Below, in pieces: positions 11,328 through 23,829 of a DNA stretch of 64,000 bases (its first letter is position 1; each line of letters begins with the position of its first letter). A program made the translations under genes and the position numbers. The stretch is from Callorhinchus milii (taxonomy: Eukaryota), in contig NW_024704743.1 in the NCBI RefSeq assembly GCF_018977255.1, positions 30,382,001-30,446,000 on the forward strand, read 5' to 3'. The notes below the pieces were generated by a model. The model was not told the DNA's origin. It saw only the letters and a list, made by a program, of their open reading frames with translations, and made no database searches.

Positions 11328-14300
11328 AACATGGTTGGGGCTGAGCTTGCTGACTGTAGCCTTTTAGTGACATTTCATGGGAAGGTAGGTTAATTCTATC
11401 TCTAGCCCTTGAAGTGGCAGTCAATTGGTGGGAAACACTTGCAACGGTTTAAACCAAACATTGAGCCTTTGGATCTCAAAGGCTGCTCAACCTTCATGTC
11501 GAAGGGAGGCGGAGGAGGGGTTTAATACCCATTGCCAGATAGTAGTTATCAACTAGTTTGACAGCAATTCATATGTCTCTTAGTTCATTCTATAGATGAT
11601 TGTTTAGTTGATGTACAACTGACTTAATTTGTGTATAATCAATTTACTTTTTCTTAAGAATTTTGGGATCGTTCTGTGGAAGTATACCAGTGTTGGTGAT
11701 TGAAGCATTTCCACCTTTGCACATGGTGCCACAGAACCAACTGTTCACAGGGCTCATGTGGGTTACACATCAAAGTGAAATACTATATCCCAGCCTGAGT
11801 GAGCCACTCCCCACTGCAACAAAATGCTCACACCAACCATCCATTTAGCTAGTTCTCTGCTGTGCACAGTCACGCACTCGTAATAAGGTTGAGACTGCTC
11901 AAACTCATTTCACTTCACTTAGGAGCTTTACAGCCAGCAGATTGGTCTGAGATGGATTGAAACACAGTTCCCAAAGGTGAAATGAGAATGCGCTGATCTA
12001 TTGTGGCACTTTTTTCACCCAGGTTTAAGAACAGGATTGACCTAGCAACACATTGCTTTCAAAGCAACCAAACTGAATTATGTGCTTGAAATGACCTGAT
12101 CTGGACCAGTATACAGTACTTGGGAGAATGACAAATTTAACTCAATTCAGACCCTTCAGGTTTGGATAAAGCTGTCCATTTTATTTTATTTTTGTGCATT
12201 GGGCAGCATAATAACAGAGTGCAGCAGAAGGTAACTACTGTATACCCTAGGAGAGATGTTTTAAGAATTTGGCTCTATTGGTTGCAACAGCACAGCAAAG
12301 GCTTGGAAAAACTACAATGGGGTATCATCAGGCAAGTAACAATTACCTCTAGCACAATTCCTTCTATGACAATGTTGCTCCATGTATGCAGAAATGAAAA
12401 TGATAATAATAATCCTTGCATTTGGGATAGCGCCTTTCATGATGGGAGAATATCTCAAAATGCTTCACAGGATTTACACCACAGTGCAATGATTGTGTAT
12501 TTTGTAAGTGAATGCCAAACCTTGGGGACTAATGAAACTGCAAAAACCTGGCAAAACTGTATTCAATGGGCTGTTGGTCCTCCTTCTGCACCATAATTTT
12601 CTATGATTGTATAAATTACAGGGCAGATACAGGGTGGAGTTGAACATTGAAGTTGCCAAGAACAAAAAGCAGGGCCGAACTCAAAATACACTGCTGACGC
12701 TCGAGCAATCAACCCATTTCATTACATCCCAGCACTAGATTCTCACCACAACCAACGGATGCCACCTGTGAAAAGAATGGTATATGCTATGTATTTAAGA
12801 GCACATCCAGTGATCTCAATGATCCCAGTAAAAGGCCATTCAGTGGGCTCAGGTTCACTTTTTGAAATGCACCTAAAATCACCAGACTGCACTTCCCCAC
12901 TCACCTAATGATGAATTAGATGCACTCCTCCCACTTCAGAACAATAGTCAATTTGGGAAAATCCAGTATTCTACGATGGTCATCCTGCCTGTTGGTCAAT
13001 AATAATAGTGGTGCCACTAGAGACCCTGTACACTGCACTCTGTGGTCAATAGCAGTTGTGGTCACTAGAGATCTTGACACACTGCACTCTGTGCTCAATA
13101 GCATTTCGCTCACAAAATGTACAGTCAATTCACTTCACAATATATTCTGTGAAGTGCTTTGAGATGTCTCAGTGACGTGATAAGACACTACATCAAATGC
13201 AAGGATTATAATAATAGGGGTAGTCATGAGAGACGGTGAATCATTCAAACCAACTTTGGGACAGCCATTTTGCTGAAGTCAGGGGGAGCCATACTTTTTA
13301 GTAATAGAGTAATCATTACCACATTACATTTGTTCCCTTCCCCTCCCCCCCCCCCCCCCCCCAGTGCACACAAATCTTGTTTTCTCCCTCTGATTCCATC
13401 ATGTGGAAGGAGGATTCATTTCAATTTTCAGACATAACCTATTGAGTCAGAGTTGCCATGATTATTGTCGTGTACAATACTGAAATCAGCCCCCAGTTGA
13501 AGTGGTTTTGCCATGAACTCCCTTTCCTGATACATACTTCACAGGCAGAGAGAGAGAGTTTTGTTCGCCACAAAACGACCAGAGCTTCACATCCTGAAGG
13601 GGGCGGCAACGAGCTATAGATTTCCTGGTCAATGGGTGTACTGTTCAATCACCAATCACTTTATTCAATTACTAGTCTCCTTCCTAGTCTGGACAGGATC
13701 ATGTTAGTTACTCCGAGCTGAGTGATCGCTTAGCTTAATTTAACTACGTTAGCTTTTAGATGTTATATCTCACAGGCCTGGTTGACAGATCATTACAAAC
13801 AAAGGCTGATGACAATGATTAAATCGATTTCTGCTGCTGAGAAAAACCTATTAACCTTTAAAGTAGTGTGGCAGCAAAATGTGGCAATACATTTAATTGT
13901 AAGGTTCCTGACTTGAGAAATCTATATAGATTAATCAAGCCCAATGTTCGTGTGCTGTTGTGTTTCCGGGTTTAAAAGTGAACTTTTGCAAAAATTCTCA
14001 TATAAAAAGGAATACATGTTTCTGTGCAGCTCAAATGTGCTGTAAATCAAATCCCAAATAAAAATGTCCAGCCAATTATTTGTGCACTTCTAGACCTATG
14101 GAGCACATAATGATAGTAATTTCAGGTTAGCCGATATGCTTTCTGTGGTCAACTTGAAGGCACTTGTTAATAAGAAGAGTATTCATTTTCTCTGTTACTG
14201 AATGGGCACTTTCAATGTAATGATACTAAGGGGTTGATAAGAGAGTTATTATGTTAACAATCAGATTCATGGAAAATGGACTGAAAGACACATGACTACA

Positions 14301-14562
14301 AAGTATTTATCCTAATGAGACAAGACCTGCTGCCAGAAAACCTAATGACCATGAAACGGTCCCTGATTGTTGTTATTAAGTGCTCTGAGATGTTACCCCA
14401 CATGAAGGGCTCTATATAAATGCAAGTAGTTGTATCTTGTTATACTTTGTTTCTGAATGCATTTTTCTGAGAAAGAATTAAGTCATGAAAATCTATATGA
14501 AACTACTGAGCTGAGGATTACTCCGTCTCTGCAATGAAATCTTGCTACTCACGACCCATTTG

Positions 14563-14695
14563 ATTCATGGGAGCACCTTCGTTGCAAGGAATGGAGCGGT
14601 TTAAAAGAGAAGACCCCACCACCACCTCCTTTTCAGGGCAACAGGAATGGGCAATAAATCCTGGCCCTGCCAATGCCACTCACATCCCCAAAAAG
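14563..14695 (+). mobile_element. 3' end of a shark-type LINE (CR1 group, tentative)
   Basis: GCGGTTTAAAAGAGAAG...CACCACCACCT...GGGCAATAAATCCTGGCC...CACATCCC resembles a common chondrichthyan LINE tail (recalled). Confidence 0.5.
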
Positions 14696-15234
14696 GGTAA
14701 AGAATATTATAATCATGGGTTCTTTGAAACCAAAATCATTTGTCCTTATGAATGTAATTATATAGCACCCTTTATTTAATTGTGAGGGGCGCAATACAAA
14801 TGCAAATTGTTGGGTTTTTTTAATCAACAGAGATTAAATAAAGCATTTATGTACTCTGTTGTAAAGTCAAAATCTCTCCATGAACACATGAGGTTTTGCA
14901 GCCACTTCACAAGAACTCACAGGGACTGTTTTCTGTTCCAGGGAATTTCTTCTACATGGAAAGTTGGCTATTTTTTCAAAGCAAATTTACGATATTCAAA
15001 CATCATTCTTTTTGGCAGTGGAGTGACTAAGCTGTGAAATTCATGTTACATTGGGACCACAAGACATAGGCTTAAGAGTATAGGTAGACTGAATTGTGGA
15101 CTCATAGGAACATAAGTAAGCCATCCAGCCCCTTGAGTCTGTTCCACCGTTCTATTAGATCGTGGCTGATCTGTACCTCAACTCCAATTACCCACCTTTG
15201 TCCCATATCCCTTGATACTCTTTGCCCATATTCC

Positions 15235-15600
15235 TGGAGTCCTGTAGCTCAGTAGTTAGAGCACTCGCCTCGCAAGCGAGAGACCTGGGTTCGATTCCCA
15301 GCAGGGCAACATATTGGGCCAGTTTCCTTACTCCACACGCCTCTGTTTACCTAGCAGTAAGTAGGAACCCCGTTGTTAGTCGATTGGCAGATCGCTTTTC
15401 TGAGGGTAATAATTCCTTTAAAAAAAACTCAATCCATGACTGTTTATGGGACATTGCTTTGCAAAATTGGCTGCCGCGTTTCACCCTCAAAATATACAGT
15501 CAATTCACTTTACAGTATATTCAGTGAAGCGCTTTGAGAAGTCTTGAAGACGTAATAAGGCGCTATATCAAATGCAAGAATTATTATTATTATTATGATT
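15235..15600 (+). mobile_element. SINE-A long form, full length
   Basis: Head with B box GGGTTCGATTCC, extra CTCTGTTTACCTAGCAGTAAGTAGGAACC segment, (TTA)n tail. Confidence 0.9.
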
Positions 15601-15984
15601 ACTCTTACCTAACAAAAATCTATCCACCTCAGTCTGAAAAATGTGAATGGAACCAGCAACCACAGCCTTTTGGGCGAGAGAGTTCCAGATTTCCACTATC
15701 ATTTGTGTGCAAAAATGATTCTGACAAGGGGTCACACCCAGACCCCACAGAGATCACCAGCTGCTCATGGTGAAAATCTCTTTATGAAGCTGAGTACAGG
15801 CAACAAAAGTTTTAGTTGCGCATCTGACAATCTGAAAACTGTACCTGGGAATATATCAGTATACATAAAAATGTCAGTTTCTTCAGTAATGTCAGTCTAC
15901 TTTGCTGAATACAGAATTTTTAAAACCAGTTGGTGGGATATGGTGCAATTTCACAATTCCAGTTGCATTGAATATGAATCCAGC

Positions 15985-16292
15985 CTGATGCATTGCTGGA
16001 AATGCTGTCCTTCAGGCAAGACTTCAAACCAAGTCTTGTTCAGGTGGATATTAAAGATTCCACTGCACTATTCAAAAAAAAAGAATAACGTTTCTCATGG
16101 TATCCTAACCAACAATCCTCCAGATAACATTGGCCATTCATTTCATGTTTGACTTTGCTGTGTGCAAATTGGCTGCTGTGTATTCACCAAAAAATTTGAA
16201 ATCACTATACTTAACAGTGAATCCTGTGTAGTGCTTTGAGATGTTTTATCACTATGTCAAGGTACTATATCAAAAGCTAAGATTATTATTAT
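15985..16292 (+). mobile_element. Deu-domain SINE, diverged
   Basis: TTCAGGTGGATATTAAAGATTCC...TTGCTGTGTGCAAATTGGCTGC and an L2-like tail. Confidence 0.7.
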
Positions 16293-17204
16293 TAAATGGT
16301 ATAATTTGAGTTTGAGATGAACAGTAACGACAACTTGAATTTATATTGCAGCCCTCACGGAAGGTAGCATCCCAGATCACATAGGCAAAAGCTAACACCC
16401 ACTCAGCAGAAGTTTTAAAAATTAAAATTTTTAATAATATACTGAGCAATGCTTAAAAGTTATACGGAGATTCCTTGTTAAAAAAAAATTTGGATAAAAA
16501 TGTGAAGAGTAACCTAAATGCAAATCTTATTCTATTTTATGATGCAGTTGTTAGAAACATAAGTAAAGAGAAGATTAATTTTCTTGAAGTGAAACTAAAA
16601 AGTAGAAGTATGAATTTGATCTTAAATCCTATTATTTACAATAAGAATTTAAGAAAGTTAATTCAATCCATTTTGTGGTTTAAAAAATCCTTTCATATTG
16701 AGTGACAATATATTTGAAAGTATTTTAAAATAATTTTTGATCACTATATTTGATAGTAATAGTTTGCGCTGGATTATACCTGACTACAGATACAGATCTG
16801 CATTGGCATACAGATGCCAATGCAGTGTAATCTTTGGGGGAATTGCATGTTAATGGATTGGCTTCAGATCAGGACCCAGTAGTAAACATTTGTTGAACAT
16901 CCAGCTTCATTCCTCTGACAGGACTGATGAAGATTATTTCCTGGGTTTCTTCCTGTACAATGAAACAGGATTATTGCCTCCTGTGGGCAATGTATGTGGA
17001 GGAGAATAAAATGGGGAGAGGAATTATATCAATGCACTTATATTAATGCAAGTTGTTGTTGTTGTATTGGAGGGCAACCAGTATCCACAAAATTGCATCC
17101 TTATTGTTATTATTATTATCCTACCAACAACAGACCAGAAACAAAGAGGCATAGAAAATTAGATAAAGAATTTGGATACACTTTTTATATGAAAAGAAGG
17201 AACA

Positions 17205-17513
17205 TAATAATAATAATCCTTGCATTTGATATAGCACTTTTCACGTTTTCTCGATGTCTCAAAGTGCTTCACAGAATAGACTGTAAAGTGAATTGACTGT
17301 ATTTTTGTGGGTGAAACGTGGCAGCCAATTGCGCACAGCAGTGTCCCACAAACAGTTGTGGATTGAAATGACCAATTTATTCTTTTTCTTGAGGGATTAT
17401 TATCAGGTGTGTGGAGTAAGGAAACTTGCCCAAGGTTTCGCCCTGCCGGGAATCAAACTCAGGTCTCTCGCATGCAAAGCGAGTGCTCTAACCACTGAGC
17501 TACAGGACTCCAC
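17205..17513 (-). mobile_element. SINE-A, full length
   Basis: Tail-to-head match to the other copies. Confidence 0.9.
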
Positions 17514-17774
17514 AAAGGAATGCTGTCTCACTTTTCTCTGCCTACTCAGGCACAGCGAGACCAATTGTAGCACTCCATTGTTAACATGGGTTAACTTGTA
17601 TAACTTGGCACAGGCCTTAGCTCAAACCAAAGACCTTTGGGTTTATGTGGCTCACTATCAATTTGGCATGTCTGTTTATTCACTGAACCATCAGGGAAGT
17701 GGCACTAATAGACTGAATGACCGGAGTCTATTTCTCTCCTGTCTGGGTAGGTGTAACCTGATGATGTCAGGAGT

Positions 17775-18240
17775 TCACAAGATTTATACAGATTCATGCA
17801 AGGTACTGCATATAGGATGTAAGAATAGGAAACACAGGTACACCGTGGGTACTAGTTCGTCTAATCATTTCTCATTGTTCTTTCCTCTAAAACTGAAGGT
17901 AATCTCTGTTGTTCTCCTCTGCACTATCTCTACAGCCTCTCTCATGCCTGAGTAGCCCTTTATGTTGTGGTGACCAGAACTTTATGCAATACTCAAACGT
18001 CCTATTTGGCTCATTTATTGCAGCCTCATACTGTTTTGACATGGTGAGCGATAAATCAACTGACACCCCTAGATCTCTTTCATCTTCTCACTTGGCAAGT
18101 TCTATTCCATCCATGTGTTTCCCCTTCTTACTTCCTATATATAGTACCTTACATTTATCTGCACTGAACTTCACCAGACTATATATATCAAGAGCCCCTT
18201 AGCAAACTTTTGCTACATTTTCTGATTCCACATTCTTCCT
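17775..18240. mobile_element. CR1 RT fragments in both orientations
   Basis: + strand reads CKVLHIGCKNRKHRY (CR1 KCKVLH motif); the same segment lies on the - strand at 18114-18154. Confidence 0.75.
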
Positions 18241-18399
18241 AACTTTGTGCCAATAACATGACTCTATTCTGTAGATGTATAAGGTTAGCAGAGACTGAGA
18301 CCTGCAGCTCAATGCTCAACAGCTTCACTATGTTGATTGTTTTCTGGTGTTCACAGGCCCAGTTTATCGCAGGATTTGGCAGCGATTGTGCAGGATAAA

Positions 18400-18825
18400 G
18401 AAGAAGAATTCTTGCATTTGATAGAATGCCTTATCACATCGTCGAAACATTTCAAAGTGCTTCACAAGATTTACTGTAAAGAGTAGTAACTTTGTAATTG
18501 TAGGCCAAAACGGAAGTCAATTTGTGCATAACAATGTGCCTCTAACAGCCATGAAGTGAATGATCAATTTTTAGCCAGAAAACCAGGAGAAACTCCATTC
18601 TCTTTTCGAGTTGTGCAATGAGATCTTTAACATGCACTTCACCAGGCAGACAGGGCCTTAGATTAACATCTCATTTAAAGATTGGTACCTCTGACAATGC
18701 AACACGCCCCAGCTCCATTGGAGTATCAGCCAAGATGGTGAATTCAAAGTGTTGAAGTGGGGTTTGAATCCACAACCTTCCGACTCAAAGAGGAGAGCGC
18801 TACCAACTGAGCCAGGCTGACACCC
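18400..18825 (-). mobile_element. Deu-domain SINE, near full length
   Basis: Head CAACTGAGCCAGGCTGACAC, Deu-like body, TCTTGCATTTGATA tail. Confidence 0.75.
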
Positions 18826-19577
18826 AATTCCAAATGCAGTGACACCATTGGCTCAGTCAATTGCTGCACTGAGCAGCTGGGAGCAGTGATGCAACAAAAC
18901 AAAGCCAGACCTGGTTTAAAAAAGATAGGGTCCTTTTGCTTGTGGTCAATGCTGTTGATAGCAGGGTTGCAGCTATTCACTGACTCACAGCCCAAAGCTA
19001 ACTTTACAGAATTTACTATAGTGACTATATATTTAGAGGAGAAACACAGCAGCTTAGTTTTGCATGAAAATCCCCCACAAACAGTCTGTAAAGAATGACC
19101 AATTTTATATGGGGAATTATTAAACCAAGGTCGGTCTGCCTATTCATGCGGACGTTAAACATCCCATGGCATTTGAGAAGAAAAGGGGGATTCTCCCAGT
19201 GTGGCTCAAGTCTATATGTAGGCACATAGACCAATCTGACATATAGTGGGACAAGTCAGCCTGGCCCTGTGTATATAAGACTGAAGCAGAGTTTGACTGT
19301 TTACTGAATCAATTCAATCCAGATCGGAATTTCTGACAATCTTACATATGATCCTATCATGGATCTGCTGTACACAGTTATTTTTCGATTGACACAAAAA
19401 TGGTTAAAAACCACAGCATGTTATTGTAAAGTGTCAGCGTCTCAGAAGTTGGGGATCTGCACATTGGAATCTACTTACAGAAATCCAGCCATCGTGATGC
19501 TACAGCTGACTAGAAGGTCAGTCCACTGCAGTCATTGGAAAGAGAGAGGCAACGGCAGCCTGATCCTTCACCACCAA

Positions 19578-19662
19578 AATAATAATCCTTGTATTTGATA
19601 AAGTGCCTTATCATGTCTTGAGATGTCGAAACTTCTCAAAGCGCTTCACAGAAATCACTGTA
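19578..19662 (-). mobile_element. SINE tail, host of the mariner insertion
   Basis: AATAATAATCCTTGTATTTGA...GCGCTTCACAGAAATCACTGTA, continuing GAGTGTAG after 20140. Confidence 0.7.
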
Positions 19663-20138
19663 CAGGGTGTTCACAAAGTCCTGTTATCCCATGTTCTTTG
19701 TTCTACAGAGCAACAACTGAAACATGTGGAAGAATGATGATATTTGTATTAAGAAGTACTTAATTGTATTCAGTGCATGTTTTTAAACTGTATTTGGACG
19801 TCCAGAGGATCAGTGTGAGCGCCATCATTTTCACGACAGTTATAATATTAATAATCCTTTGATTTAATATAGCATCTTATCACGTCATTGAGATTTATCA
19901 AAGCGCTTCACAGAGTATACTGTAAAGTGAATTGACTGTGTATTTTGTGGCTTAAATGCAGCAGCCAATTGCGCACAGCAATTAATGATAATGATCTGCT
20001 GCCATGTTTGGTGTAACATCTTCCATAATACGGATGGAATGACGAGGAAGTTATTGTTATCAGACATTGTTACTCATCAACTCATCTGCCATAGAAAATA
20101 AAAATTCATTGTAAGAACATGACTTTGTGAACACCTTA
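19663..20138 (-). mobile_element. Tc1/mariner-superfamily non-autonomous deletion derivative
   Basis: 18-bp TIRs CAGGGTGTTCACAAAGTC (19663-19680) and GACTTTGTGAACACCTTA (20121-20138), TA on both sides; minus strand retains transposase-like C-terminus LWKMLHQTWQQII / CRENDGAHTDPLDV. Confidence 0.75.
19842..19982 (-). mobile_element. SINE-A 3' fragment nested in the mariner element
   Basis: TAATAATCCTTTGATTT...GCAGCCAATTGCGCACAGC. Confidence 0.8.
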
Positions 20139-21629
20139 TAGAGTGTAGATACTATGTAGTATCACTCGAAATTCCAAGGGAAAGGGGCTCAGTAACAAGT
20201 TATCTGGAGTGGCAAGTTAGGCATATGTATAAATACATAAATAAATGTGTTTTCGCCACCATAATAATAATCCTTATATTTGATATAGTGCTTTATCATG
20301 TTGTCAAAACGTCTCAAAGAGCTTCATAGGATTCACTGTGTAGGGTGTTCACAAAGTCCTGTCCTGTCAAGACTGATCCAAATGGCTGATATACATATTC
20401 TTGGCAGAATTTATCCCAGTGAATAAGCAACCAAACCTTTAGGAAGAAAACAGGTTTAAGTGATATGAGGAATAAGCTTTATCTCTCCTTCTGTGATGAG
20501 TGTTATCACAATTGACTTTATAGCATTTCACCTTTTTTATTCTATTCTATTTGTGTGGTTCTTGTTTAGGCAACTTAAGGTGAAAAGCATTATTATATGA
20601 TTGGATAAAGAGTGATAACAGAATCTGACAGAAGTTAACAAAGTTAATCTCTCCCCTCCCCCCAACATACTACGGGAGTTAGAACACAGAATAATCAAGT
20701 CGCTTCAGATCTGATGGAGGTGCCATTATATTCTGATCTCAAAAAAGTCAATACAAATAGATACGCTGATACCAGACGATAATTTGCATATTTTGAGTTA
20801 GAAACAATATAATAACCAGTCAAATACCCAATCCCCTTATACACTGACATGTACTGCTGTTCTATAGGAAAGGTGAAAACAGAAGGCCACCTCAAGGAAT
20901 CTCCATTCATTGCCAACATCTGAAAGATTAGTAAGCACATGCCCAGACCATGAGAACATACAGGTGAGTCACCTATCATTGTAAACAAATGTATCGCAAG
21001 TTGAAAATGCTACTTGCAGATAAAGTTATTGTTTTAATGGAAAGTTCAGCAATTCTGAAAGTCCATCAATCTTCCTTTCTTACACACACCCCCACTCCAT
21101 CCCTCACCACACACACACACCCCAACACACACACCATATTCTTGATCTCCTGCAGTGTGAACTTTCCAGATATAAAAAAAAACTTTTTATTAAAACTCAT
21201 CAGATAGGTAATGTCAGTAGCTGAATAAATGACAACACAGATGACTATTCCACCTATTGAGCCTCTCTGCTAGTGCTGGAGATCTGTATTCCAATCTCAA
21301 TCCTTTGTGCTTTCCCTGTGGCCTTTTAAATTGTTTATCTCGAATTCCATTCTAAATGTTACGGTCTTAGCTTCAAATAGCCACTTTTGGCAAATCACAC
21401 CATGTTCAAATAACAATCTGATTGGAAATATTTCCTCAAACATCTGACTTAATTCTTCCAGGTACAGGCCTAATCCCCGTGTTTCCCAATTACTGCACAG
21501 TGTTTGTGTATGGAGCAAAAAAGGTAAAATGATATTTGACACTTAAAAAGTAATAATAATCCTCACATTTGATATAATCTTTCACATCAGGAGAATGCTT
21601 CAAAATGCTTCACAGAACTTCACAAGATT

Positions 21630-22000
21630 GTTTTAGATGAAAAAGGCCCTTCGGGTCACCTGGTTCCATCCCTCCAGAACACCCTCCCTACCGTCTTCCC
21701 ATCACAACATCGAGCTACTTCTTAAATGAGTTCAGTGCCCTTGCCTCAGCCACCCTTCCTGGCATTAATTATCCCCAAGTGAAGAAAAAAATTCTGGTAT
21801 CTGTTGTGAAATTGCCTTTTGCATCTCTAAACCTATGTCCTCATGTTCTACTGTCTTAGTGAATCCAATTGTATTTGTCGGGTATTGGGTTTGCTTATTC
21901 AATCCCATTTAAAATGTCATAGACCTCTATAAGGTCCCCTCTGAGTTGTCTTCTCTCAGGACTGAAGAGCCCCAACTTGTCTAATCATTGCTTTTAGCTC
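21630..22000 (-). mobile_element. CR1 3' fragment
   Basis: AGACCTCTATAAGGTCCCCTCTGAGTTGTC reads as an LRGDLIEVY-like CR1 motif on the minus strand; AAGGCCCTTCGG 3' region. Confidence 0.7.
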
Positions 22001-23563
22001 AAAGTGTATACACTCATAATCTTGTGATTTACAATAAAGTGCTGTGTAGTTTGTAGGTCAACTAGATAGCCAACTTGCACACAGAAATGTCCCACAAAAA
22101 GCCACTTCATCTTCATGGGAATCACCTTTAAAATAAACAGCAATCAGCATAGGTAAGCAGTGCTCAATGATAATTTCTATTCTCAGGCTTTAAGTGTGAC
22201 GAACAAGAAACAGTGCACACCACACATCATGTGGATTATGCATTCCTGGTAAGAATCTCCACTCTCTGGACATGCAGAGCTGGGAATTCTAAAATGCCTA
22301 AGAACCTGATAAGGCAACTGCCCGTGTGGAAAACCAATTTAACGCAATATTGCTTGGCATGTTTTTAATATGGAGCAAAATAGATAGCAGCAGAGTTATT
22401 TTGCACAAGTGTACTTACTGGCTGATGGTCATCATGGGCCATGTTGACTGCTGCTGCTGTATCAGCTTTCCTGCAACAAAGCATTAAAAAATTCAAATCT
22501 TCAGAGTACAACTTGTGCTGAGAAGAATGATATGCACCGCTAAGAAAAGCTAACCAGTTTAAAATAACTGAGCAAAGAGTAATTATAATCTCAAAGCGGT
22601 CTTTGAGAAGTACTCATCAAATCACTATTCAGAATATATGAATCTAATATATTTGTGGTTATGACATCTTTATTCAGTGTCCAGTTAAGGAAGTTGGACA
22701 GATTTTAGATTGCGCTACACAGCTTGACGTTGCTCTTTGACTGCACTTTTGGTTACATTTCCCCTCCGAACCCCTCAGCTCCCACCCCAAGCTCAGGTGC
22801 TCATCCTGCTTTGTCAAGTGCTTTGAGACGTATGTCTGACACAAAGGTGATATATGGAAATTATATTGTATATAAGCACGTGCTGCTTAGTAGTTAATTT
22901 TAATCCTTTCAGTTGTTAATGATGAGATAGATGTTTGTTTTGCATTAACATTTCTTTTTATCAACGTTATTTGTCAATTTGTAAAGATGAAAGTTTCATT
23001 GGAATGGCACCCATGGATATGGTTAAACTATAGCAATAACTTACAAACCAAACTATAGGGGTTACCAAGATGTTCAACCAATAACTAGTATTCTAACTCT
23101 GGAGCAAAGTCGTGTATTTTGGATTCATAAGCTGCTGGAAAATAATGTTTCACTTTGATATTGTATGTTTAAAAGGAAAGTTTAATGGTTGACTTCAGAA
23201 TTAATTATTATTACTGTAAAACCCTAAGAATCATACAATTAATAATAATAATCATTGCATTTGATATTATTATCATGACTTCAAGGCGCCTCAAAGCGCT
23301 TCACTACTGTAAAGTGAATTGACTTTGTATTTTGCGAACAAAATTTTTACTGAATAAAATTTAAATGTATAAAATCATAAATCATAAGAAGGTGTCAGCC
23401 TCTGAGTAGAGGAACACGTAAGCCTGTGCCTTTTGTTGATACCTCAAAAATAGTAATGATAATCCTTGTATTTGATATAGCGCCTTTCAAGTCAGGAGGA
23501 TGTCGCAAAAAGTGCTTCACAGCTTATAGTGCAAACTAAATCTACTTACCTACTAATCAACTT

Positions 23564-23802
23564 ACACACCCTACTTACCTAATTCTGGAGAGCACTGGTT
23601 GACAAGAGTCAAGCCTTGGGGACCCCAGAGTGTGCCTTGGAGTACTGCTGGAGTCTAACCAGCTACAACTGCTTACCGTCCTGCTGGAACAATACCCATT
23701 AGGGCTTTGGCTTTCAGGGTTAACAGAAGCTGAATGGGAAGAATTCCTACCCCCAGTAACTAGTCTGCCTCCCAAAGTCCTGCTGATGAGCCAGACTGGC
23801 TG
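23564..23802 (-). mobile_element. 3' region of the CCHC non-LTR family, inverted copy
   Basis: Reverse complement matches 24269-24394, 48925-49180 and 63420-63600. Confidence 0.7.
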
Positions 23803-23829
23803 ATCTGCTATCAGCAAACTTGTGACTCA

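Noticed and set aside
12990..13102. CRISPR-like or functional direct repeats
   Set aside because: Only about two diverged ~49-bp tandem units adjoining a SINE remnant, with no spacers, in a eukaryotic context.
13345..13362. C18 homopolymer as a G-quadruplex element
   Set aside because: Simple homopolymer with no supporting context.
16924..16970. CTGATGA...GAAAC hammerhead candidate
   Set aside because: No coherent stems I-III around the core.
23572..23585. U1 snRNA 5' end (TACTTACCT)
   Set aside because: Only 9 nt match; it is the reverse complement of the donor-like motif in the CCHC family end.
23783..23805. Hammerhead-like CTGATGA-GCCAG/CTGGC
   Set aside because: No GAAA after stem II, and the motif is not kept in other copies of the family.
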